From the NCBI RefSeq assembly GCF_009914755.1, contig NC_060929.1: a DNA stretch of 64,000 nt. The stretch is one strand, 5' to 3'. This document shows, piece by piece, positions 38,533-52,149 of the stretch; positions within the stretch are counted from its first letter, which is position 1; every line of letters begins with the position of its first letter. The notes beneath the pieces are model-generated. The model did no database searches and was not told the DNA's origin. It worked only from the letters and a program-made list of their open reading frames with translations. The position numbers and the translations under genes are program-made. The stretch comes from the human T2T-CHM13v2.0 reference genome, Homo sapiens.

Positions 38533-39122
38533 ATTTGTTTATTAATTAGTGCAGTGCAGGGAGTTGTGTTGGTTGCTGGGTCTCAGGGCCTATAACCCCA
38601 GCTGGGATCCCCTACTTTGAACTAGGGGCCTCCAAAACAGAAGCAATGTCCATTAGTTTTGTGAATGTGTTTTCAGTCCATGAATGGATGCTCTTAGGTA
38701 AAACATTAATAAACTGCATCACGTTGTTGGGGAAAATTAAATGTAAATTAGATAATTAAAAACGAAGCTGATGCCCGCTGCTTGGTGCTATTACCTCTTA
38801 TTAAAAGTTATGAGAGGTGGCCCTGGGTGGAGGCTGGTTGCAGGGTTCCAATGAGGGTGGGGGCAGCAAGGGCCTGCCTACTGGAGCCCAGTGTGATCTT
38901 TAGAAGAGGCAGACCTAGAGGATGCTCTGGTATGGGCGCTGGAGAGCTCTGGGTGTGCTGGGGCCACAGCCCTGTTGTCTCTTGTGGGTGCCTGGGTCAG
39001 TGTCTTCCCCTTGCCAAACCTCAGTATTTCCTTATCTGTACAGGAAGGATAGTAACAGAACCTACCTCATAGGACTGAGGCAGAGACTAGATGAGATGAT
39101 ATGCAGAAAGTACCCAGCCTAG

Positions 39123-39371
<249 letters not shown>

Positions 39372-39719
39372 AAAGTACCCAACCTAGGGCCCGGTACATA
39401 GTAGGTGTTCATTAAATAGCCTTGATTGCCAGGGATATCATCAACACCGTCATCATGACTGAGTCCCTTCCAGCAGCTGGCCCTGAGCCGAGGGCTTTAC
39501 AGATATCTGTCACCATTAGCACATGGTGCTGTCGTCCCATTCTGCGGAAAGCAAGGCTCAGGCTAGGGGAATAAGAGTCCAGGGTCACACAGCCTTTGAG
39601 GTAGGTGGCCTTGCTGTATTTCAGGTTCCTAGAGGAAGAGCCCTAGGAACAGCACTCCCACACAGTGCTCTGCTTCTCGAGCTGAAGAGGTTTCATTGAC
39701 TCCTTTTTTCTGCACCTGC

Positions 39720-40940
39720 CCTGTGCTCCTGGCCTGGTCCGGTAGCGGGACGGGGGCGATCAGTCTGGAGAGAAGACAGCCCCAGGAACTAAGTCCCAAA
39801 GGAGTGTTCTAACCAGAGCTTGTGGGAGATAGACGGGCCTCCTTGGGCGGCGGGGGGCTGTGACTGCGGACTGCCCCGAGGTGCGAGCTGGTTCAGTGTT
39901 CTAAGAAACTGAGAGAATGGAGGATGGGCAAGGCAGGTAGCAGGACCTGCAGGAGCAGAACGGGGAGGCTGGAAAGCCTGGGGCCAGGCCTGTGGTGGGC
40001 AGGGGAGGGTGCATGATGAGGGGGTGGGAACACGGAGCGGGTGAGTCACCGTTTCTGGGCCAGGCAGGCGGCGGCTGCAGAGCGGGGGGCGCATTCCTGG
40101 CTGGCAGGGCGGCCGGCACTAATGTCTTTCCCACATGGCCCCGAATTCCCCGCTCGGCACGATCACACGGGCAAGACGCTCCCGCGGCCACCCCCGCCCC
40201 AGCTGCCTCCTTCCCACAGAGCAGGGAAGGGGGAGGGAGTGTGGTGGAGGCTGGCGGAACCGGCCCCTCCTGGGGCGGGGTGGGGGTCTCTAGCGTGGCC
40301 TCCCTGGGGCCTGCGCCCACGGTGTCGGCACGCGATGAGCGACTCACAGGGCAGCTGCAGTCACAGTGAGAGCAGGGCCGCGCTTGTGAAGCGGAGAAGG
40401 AAGGAGGCCGGGAACCGCCTTGGGTCTTTGGCCACGTCTCTCCTTCCCTGGCCCCCATTCACCCACCCCCGCCCTGGGTCAGGCTTTCCCTCGCGCTGCG
40501 GCTGTCGGAGGGCCGCGGCCGGATAGGGACAAGCGGCGGAGCAGCAGCAAGTCCGGCCGCCTCCGATCCTACGCCTTCTGGCCCTCCCCTCCTTCCCGAC
40601 CTCTGGGCCTGGCTGGTGGGGGGCGGAGTGGGGGGTGGGGGGACTGTGCCGCTGCCGCTGCATCCGGCGGGGGCCTGCTGGGGTGGTTCCTGGAAGAGGC
40701 CACACCCAGTCCCTCCCTCCGTGGGATGGAGGCCAGCCCTTGCTAAGGCGAAGGGAACTAGGAGCGCCGCTCTCCCACGCAGCCCCTGTCCCCAGGCCAG
40801 GTCCTGGAGAGGGGGGAAACTGAGGCTGCTGAGAGGGCGGCCCACCCAGAGCTCCCTGTGCTGGGAGAGGTTGGCCGCTGTCCCTCCCAGCTGGGCTCAG
40901 AGGCGCTAATGAGAGTTAAATGTAGGACGTGAGTCACCTC
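39720..40940. promoter_or_regulatory. Orphan CpG island
   Basis: High GC and CpG density by inspection, GC boxes, AP-1 sites at 40042 and 40930. No coding gene attached. Confidence 0.65.
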
Positions 40941-41426
40941 TAGGAGGGGGCTGGGACCACCCCCAGATGTGGGTCCAGACGCTCAGGCTTTTTCCTACTC
41001 CCCTGTGTGTCACCCCCTACCCTTGGCAGGGTGGGGCATGAGTTCTGACCTTGCTGACCAGGCTCTGTCACCCTGGACCAGCCTCACTTAAATGGCTGGC
41101 TGCCTCAGGAGCGGGTGCTGTGGGACCACAGGAGACTCTAAATCCCGGGATAGGCCCAGTGGACCCTGAGGACTTAGGGGATGGACCAACACCTGGGGTC
41201 TCTAGTGGCCGTGAGCCCTGGGGTGTGGTCATGGGTCTTGGGATGGGGGTGGGCAAAGGGCCCAGGCCACCCTGAAGATTTCCCCACCCTTCTGCCTGCC
41301 TGGCTTTGCTCAGGCCACCAGGCTCTGACCACACAGGGTGCCTGTTCCCCCACTCCCCAAAGTCCCACTCTCTGACCTTCAGCCGGCACAAGGACCTCAG
41401 TCTGAAGTCCTTATGGCAGGGCAGGC

Positions 41427-41430
<4 letters not shown>

Positions 41431-41471
<41 letters not shown>
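41431..41471. repeat. (TG)20 microsatellite
   Basis: Direct reading. Confidence 0.95.
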
Positions 41472-41473
<2 letters not shown>

Positions 41474-43169
41474 ACACGTGTGCCTCTGCGGCTGGGTCTA
41501 TTTGTGCCGCTGTGTGTATTTATGACTGAATGTACAATCGTGTATATTTATGTGTGACTGGCTGTCTCTGAGGGGTCTCTCAGTGTTGCAGGGGGCTTGA
41601 CAGGGAATGTGCATTTCTGCGTCTGTATCTGTTTGTTCCTTCTATGTCTACATGTGGGTCTTTCTGTGTGACTGTGTTTGTGTCAGCCTGGCCCCATCTA
41701 TGGGGTCCCTGCCTCCTCAAGCACCCCACCATCACCAGGAGCCACAGGCATCTGGGAGGAGACTCGGGAGGTGAAGCGCCTGCTGTTCCCCAAATGGAAT
41801 GGCTTAGCTGGGTGGGCAGCACCAGGGGGTGGGCGTGGGCAGCCACAGGAGAGAGAAAAGTGGAGGCCGGGGAGGAGCCCTACTCAGCAGTCCCCTCCCT
41901 GCTCCCTCTGCTCCCAGCTCAGCGCCTCCTGGCAAGAGCTTATTTGCATGGTATTTACATTTCATTTGCATCGTGTTCAATTAAAAACCTGACCAGCTCC
42001 CGCCTGCCTGGCGCTGCCCGCCCAGCCTGGTGAAAATGTTGGTTGGGCATGACAGCCTTCCCACACCCCCCCCACGCCCCCACGGACTGACCGATGTGGG
42101 AGGGGTCCTCCCCTCATTGAGATCATGCAAGTCACCCACTCTGGGAGTGAGAGGGCTGGAAGTCCAAATGGAGAAACTGAGGTCCAGAAAAGGCTGCCTT
42201 GAGCTCTAGGCTAAGGGCCAGTCAAAGCTAGAAGAATACTAGTAGTTAACAGTTGCCCCTTCATGGAAGAATCTCTGTGCCAAGAGTGGTGCCAACACCT
42301 GGTGTGCAATATCTCTTTGGAACTTTGCTACCCCTTGAGGTCAGGCCTTCCTTGCATTATCCTCATTTTCCTGATGAGAAGACCAAAGGCTAGAGGGGCA
42401 AGTCCAACATCACTCAGCCAACCTAGAATTCAAGTCTCTGTCAGTATGACTTCCAAGTCCATGCTGCAAACACATGAGCATGGCTGCCAGAAGACTGGTG
42501 CCTCCTGCTTCTGGCAAGTGAACACAACTCATTATTTCCAGGGTCATTGGCTCCAGGATGGGCTGCTGCAGTGCTCACCCTAACCTGGAGGCTGGCCTGG
42601 CTGCTGACTGCTTCATAAGACTGAGAGCCATACCCATTCCTGGCTATAGGGTGGAAGGCTCTCCCTGTGGCAGTCCTTCCTGGCACCTGGCCGTAGTCTT
42701 TCCTATTCCAAGACTGCCCTTCCTGGGCTCTAGCCAGAGTGGGTAACTTTGTAAAAGGCAAGTAAAGACTCTGATAACGAAACAAACTCTAGGAGGAAGC
42801 TCATATCTGAGCTAAAAGTGAAGGATGGGTGGAGAGACGAGATGGGCCCATGGAGACATCCAAGGCACCAGAGCAGGCCTGGCAGGGAAAACTCCCAAGA
42901 CCTCTCCTGTCCTAGATCAGGAAGCTTCCTGAAGGCCCCTCTCACCTAGCCAGAGCTGGGCTGCTGTTTGTCATCTACACAGGTGGAACTCTTAGCATTG
43001 GGGAGAAAGTGGGGGTCCTTAGGCTGCCCATGGAGGGGTCATCCAGGGTCTAGAATCCAGCCCTGGGACTAGGGCACCCTGGTGTTGACAGGCCCCCAGT
43101 GCCCACCCTCCTCTGGAAGGACTACCTTTCACCTCTGCCACCAGCCTTAAGGCTCTAGAGGGACTCTAC

Positions 43170-43830
43170 CTACCCCTGGTGCTGAGGGACTAAGCCAAGC
43201 AGCTAACTCATCCTCCCTGACCACAGTGATTGGTTCAGAGATGGACATGTGACTTGGGCCTGACCAATCAGGCTGAATCCCAAGGTTTGGTTAGAAATAC
43301 TGGGAAGAGGCCGGGCGCGGTGGTTCTCGCCTGTAATCCCAGCACTTTGGGAGGCCAAGGCGGGTGGATCACGAGGTCAGGAGTTCAAGACCAGCCTGGC
43401 CAACATGGTGAAACCCCGTCTCTACTAAAAATACAAAAAATTAGCCGGGCGTGGTGGCCTGCGCCTGTAATCCCAGCTACTCCGGAGGCTAAGGCAGAGA
43501 ATTGCTTAAACTTGGAGGGGTGGAGGTTGCAGTGAGCCGAGATTGTGCCACTGCACTCCAGCCTGGGAGACAGAGCGAGACTCCGTCTCAAAAAAAAAAA
43601 AATTACTGGGAAGAAGTAGGGGTTCTCTGATCTGGTAGTGTGGGAATCTGGGGCCACCTACCTTTTGAGGAGAGCTACCCATGAATGAAGCCAGCAAAGG
43701 GATACTGACCCTTTTAAACTTGAAGCCAAACACTCTTCTACTTGAGCCTTAGAACGAGCCAGTAGGGTCCAATTTTGCTTAAGCCAGTGTGTGTTGGCTT
43801 TTTGTCATTTGCAGCCTGAAGGTCTGACCA
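43170..43830 (+). mobile_element. Old MLT1-type LTR fragment split by an Alu
   Basis: gaccacagtgattggttcag...ccaatcag and gcttaagccagt...ttttgtcatttgcagcc segments are typical of old MLT1 LTRs. Confidence 0.5.
43309..43602 (+). mobile_element. AluS
   Basis: Full Alu with TSD tactgggaaga. Confidence 0.92.
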
Positions 43831-44929
43831 GATAGTGCATGCCTTGCCCATTTCACCTTCAAGCCTTTGTCCATGCACTTCTCCTCTGCCTGGAATCGGA
43901 GAGCCTTCCTCTTGCCCTCTCCTGACCAGCCATGCCTGTGTTTTGAGGCCCAGCTACTCTCCTCCAGGGCGCTGGCTTCCATGCGGTACCCTCCTCTTTT
44001 GGCCCCACCCTCCTGGAGAGTTACCTGGAATTCTGACCCCCAGCTTGGTGCTCAGTGTCTATGCCTACAACTGCTGTGTTAATTTCCCTTTCTGGGGGCT
44101 TGTATCACACAGCCCCAAAGTAGGTTGTAAATTCTTGAGTGGCATGAGCTGAGTCCCCTCCTACAGAGAGGGGTGATAAAGTACAGTGGTTAGAAGCTTG
44201 GCTTTGGCGTCAGGTAGTCTCAGCTCAAATTCTGGCCCATCGGTGTGACCTTTGGACCAGTCTCTCCTTTTCTGAGTTTCCTGTCGGTCCACCCCCCCCA
44301 GTGCCGAGGGCGCCACTGTGAAGCATTCACAAACATACTCTCTGCCCTCAGAGGAGCTAAGGATGGAAGTTGGGGCAGTGGCCCCAACCGGGAGCAGCCA
44401 ATCAGGAGGCTGAGGTGGTCCTTCCCAGCCTGCCAGCACTCGGCTCTTGGGGGAAGAACCCCCTCCACCCTCACACACTTCCTTCCAAGGCGCTAGGGGA
44501 CCTTGGTCGGGGGAGGTCTGGTCGTCCCCTCCCCCTTCCGCCCCTTCCTGTCGTCCCTTCGAGCTGGCGCTGCTCTGAGTTAATCTCCTTGCCCGTCAGG
44601 GGGTGACAGGAGGTGTCTGTCATTCGAAGCTGAGGCCGTCAGCCTTGCCGGCTAATTGGGGCGCGGGCACCAGGAGCACGGGAAATGGCCGGAGGGAAGG
44701 AGAGGGAATGAGAGGGGAAGCCACCCTCACCTCCTACCCACCAGCTTGGGGCTGATCCACATGGCTACTTAGGGGAGGGAGAAAGGAGGAAGGGACTGTG
44801 GGATGGGAACTTTGTGACCTTGGGCATTGCTGTTCCTCTCTGGGCTTCATATTATCATTCATAGTGATAACAGCAAGCCTTTAATGAGCAATTACCGTGT
44901 AAATCAAGCACACCTGATGAAAACCTCTG

Positions 44930-45269
<340 letters not shown>

Positions 45270-45558
45270 CTCTGATGGTTTTCTACAGCCCTTGGAATTC
45301 AAGCCAGACTTCTCCCAAGGTCCTTGAGGACCCCCAGTAGCCATGCCTCTTTCCTCCCTGCTCCTTCTGCTCCAGCCACTCCAGCCTCCCCACAGAGCAA
45401 GCTCTTCCTGCCTCAGGATCTTTGCACTTGCTGTTTCTGCTCTGTGGAACACCCTTTGCCTACCTCTTAGCATGGTTGGCTCTGCATTCTTCAGGTCTCA
45501 GCTCAAATGACACCTCAGAGACAAAGTCCCTGACCACCTTATCCAAAATCACTCTCTT

Positions 45559-45901
<343 letters not shown>

Positions 45902-46075
45902 TTATGTCCCCCTGTTACCTTATCCTATTTATAATTTCACAGCATTTGCCATAATGTGAAACGACTTCATTTTTACATTCATTTTCCCCCTCTAGAATGG
46001 AAACCAATGAGAACAGGGACCTTGTCTGTGCAATTTACTGCTGAAGCCCCAGTGCCTGAAAGAATGCCAGGCACA

Positions 46076-46686
<611 letters not shown>

Positions 46687-47081
46687 TTATGTCCATTTTG
46701 AGGTGAGGAAACTGAGGTTTGAGGAGATTATGTGACTTTAAGTTATCGTAACTGGACTGAAGCCTGAGACTGTGTGACCCCAGAGCTGTAAGGGCTGTGG
46801 GAATGATTGTGAGGGTCTCTGCCAGCATGGCCACTCAGCTGAGCTCAGGCTGGTGAGGAGGACGCACACAAGGAGAAGACCCAGGGCCCAGGAGAGTCCA
46901 CTCCATGGTAGAAGCTTCCTCTGGGAACTCAACTGAGGGCAGCAGAGGAACTGCTCCAGGGCCTGGGGACAAGACCCAGTGTGCTGTGTGTAGATGGTAG
47001 ATGGAGCTGATGGTGCGCTGGGGACCTCCATGCAGGCCTGGCATTTTGCCTGCCAGGGCAGAGGTAAGGATGCAAGTGTAG

Positions 47082-48245
<1,164 letters not shown>

Positions 48246-49722
48246 TAAGTATCCTGTTGCCTCCCCTTATCTATGGACCCCAGGTGAACCCAGCATTCTG
48301 AGTTCCTGGGTCTCTGGTTCTTACTCAGGTACCCACTGGGTGCCTCCAAGCCTGAAATCTCCATCTGACATAGCGACAGGGGATGTGTGGGCTGCAAGAT
48401 GCTGCTGCTAACCACAGTCCTCAACTGCAGACATCTCATGGCCAATTAGACCCCAAGGCACTCATGGCTTGGGAACAATGATGGCTGGATCCAATCAAGA
48501 CAGGTTATTGGCCTCTGTTAACTCACATGGGTCACACCTCATCAGCCAATCACAGGAGCTCCCTCCTTCTATATTTTCATATCAGGCTCTCTTAGGCGGG
48601 TCTGACCTGGTTAAAGCTCCAGGCTGAGGCTGGGCTGTTTCCAGACTCTCCCCATTCTCCCCCCAGGATCGCAGAGCCACAGTTTCTTTTCTAGTCCTTG
48701 CTACCATCCCATTACTGGCATCTCCATTTCTTCCTGTCCCTCCCCTCTCTTTCCCCCCAGACAAAGCAGCCCAATCAGAAGGGTGTGTAGGGGTGAGCTC
48801 CTGAGACGGCAGCCTAGCCCTGTGTGAAGAGAGGCTGGGGCGTGAGGCTCCTGCTAGGTGCAGTCGAGCCAGCCTTCAGCAGTAGCAGCTGTAGCAGCAA
48901 TGCCTCCTTTCCCTTCTCCTCAACCTCAGGCTCCCAGGCAGGCTCCCAGATCGGGGGTAGTTCCTGCCGCACTGCTCTGCATGTGTGTGTGCGTGCTGCC
49001 TAGGTTTCCTGCCCTGACCCACCACACTTCCCCCAGGAAGGGATGGAGGGGAGGGAGGGGCAGAGATGAGGGCAGGAGCCTTCCCATCTCCCTCACCAGC
49101 ACACTGGAAGTAGACAAGCTTATGTGGAGCCTAAATGGGTCCCCCAAGAACCCTACCCCCTGGTCTGGGTCGGCAGGTGGGTGGGCTTAGGAGCCCAAGA
49201 GGGGGAATAGGGTGCCAGCGCCAAGGCCTCTGTACATTTTGATGTTAGGTGAACAGCATGCAAAGCAGATGCAAATATTATGCAAAGTAGAACTTTCTTT
49301 TTCTAGTCCACAGCTCTGAGGTTCTCTGAAATGGGCTGAAAGGGGGGCCCAGAACCCAAGGGGAGGTGTGGAGGTGAGGGCAGGTATCATCACTGCTTTG
49401 TCAAGAGGTTGCCACACTGAAGTATACCTACTGTGTACCTAGAACCCGGCTGGGCTTGATTCAGCCTCTGTCCTTGAAAATTCAGGCACACAGGGAAGTC
49501 AAGGGCAGAAGGGGCAGATCCATCTCTACAGGATGTCGGTTGAAGGCCTTTAAGAAGCATTTGTCCATTAAATGACATATGAGGCCAGATAGCAGAATGG
49601 CTAAATTCTCCTGTTCTGGCTTCAGCCAGGCCTGGGTTTGATTTCCAGCCCTACCACTTAATGGCAGATCTTGGGCAAGGCACATCACCTCTGGAAGTTT
49701 CTGTTTGTTTACTCATACATTA

Positions 49723-50371
<649 letters not shown>

Positions 50372-51349
50372 TCATGGGGTGGATGGGGTGGTTGTAAGGA
50401 CTCGATGACATGTATGTGTGACATTCACGGACCAGAGCAAAGTGCCTGGCCCTGGGTAAAGTTTCCATAAATGGGAGTTGTAATTTAGGCCTCCACCCCG
50501 ACCCCTCTACCTGCCCTGCTCAGCTCCTTCAGCTCCTAGAGCCTAAAATGCCATAACTAACTGCAATTCAGGAAAGAGTCTAGGCCTCTGCCCGAGGGCA
50601 GGGCCTGCATTTGCTTTTGTCTGTCCCCACCACTACCCTGGGCCCTGGAGGGTCACTCAACTGATTGAATGCGTGATAACTGAATGGTCTCAACTCTTCA
50701 GGCAGGCAGTGGGGGAGGGCTCACCTTGAGACCTTTGAGCAACTCTTACTGTAACCAGAGGATGGAGAGTTAGGGTCCTGAGATGAGGAGGATCCCAGCA
50801 GACGGTTTAGTGAACAAGGACTGGGTCGGTCTCTTCCCAGTGACCTCCACCCCCTCAAACAGCCTTCCAAACAAAGGTGTGTGAGGGGAGCAGTGGTTGA
50901 TGGGAGGAGGAGCTTCTACCCTTAGCAAATGAAAACAAAGCCAGAGGTCGGGTGGAAAGGCCAGGCTGTGTGTTGAGGACTGTTCTGGTACTAAGAGGCA
51001 GGTGTGTGGGGGTGGGTGGAGTAGCAACAACCCCCACAATAACAGCCAACATCTATAGAGCACCTACTCCTCCCAGGCTCAATGCTAAACACTTCCACCT
51101 TACATCATACTCAAACCTCACAATGACAATCTGGATTATGATCCCATCCTTTTCTTTTCAAATGCTTGAGGAAATTGATCTAAATGTTTACCCAAGGTCA
51201 CTCAGCTAGTAAATATCACTACTGGCATTTCAACCCTGGCTTCTTGCTCCATAGCTTTATCCTTAACCTCTTAAGCTGGGCCTCCATGCTCCCAAAGACC
51301 GACCTAGGTTCAAATCCGGCCTGTTTCAGCAAACTTCTATCACTCTACC

Positions 51350-52040
51350 TCACCCACACATCCAATTCATCTGCCAAAATATCTCTAAGCCAGCAACCTC
51401 TCCACCACCATCTTTCCCTCGCTATCCCAACCCCCAGCCCCTCCTCCCAGGTCTCCCTGCTTGATCCTTTCCACTGGTCTACAGGGTGGCCAGGGGGATC
51501 TTTAAAAAGTTTAAGTCAGATCTCCCAGCTTAAAACCCACTGAAGGCTGCCATGGCACTTTGCATAAACCCTGGCCCCTCAGGGGGCCTGCAAAGCCCAG
51601 CCCTATAGGCATACCCTTTGGGCTTACAAAGGCCTTCCCCTCACCTTCAAGAGGCACGTTCTTTGCAGCCTTGGAGCCTTTGCAGCCTTGGAGCCTCTGT
51701 GCCTGCTGTGCCCTCTGCCTGGCATGCTCTGCCCCCTCTCCTTTGCTTGGCTGGCTTTTCCTGGTCTTTCAGGCTCCAGCTCAGATGTCTTCTCCTCAGA
51801 GGCCTCCCCTGACGACAATAGCTCATATGGACCCCTCCCTGAAGTCAGTCTCACATGACCTACTTTAATGTCCTCATGGCTCCTCATGCTCTCTGAAGTG
51901 ATCATGGTCAACTATTTGTTTACTTGAACGTGACTAGAACGCAAGTTCTGGGAGGCTGGGGACAAGACTGTGCTCTCGTGTTCCCATGGTCTAAATAGTG
52001 CCTAGCACGTAGTAGGCACTCAGTAAACATCTGAACAATA
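51350..52040. mobile_element. L2 fragment
   Basis: tcagctcagatgtc..ctcctcagaggcctcccctgac and gtgcctagcacgtagtaggcactcagtaaa are L2 3'-end signatures. Confidence 0.6.
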
Positions 52041-52149
52041 TGTAGTTGGTGTGACCTGGATCAAGAAGTCCCAGCCTCAGCTTCCTTTTTCTGTTGGGCT
52101 CTGCCTTCTCTCAGCCTCCCAGGGAGGCTCTGGATGAGATCAGAGATGG

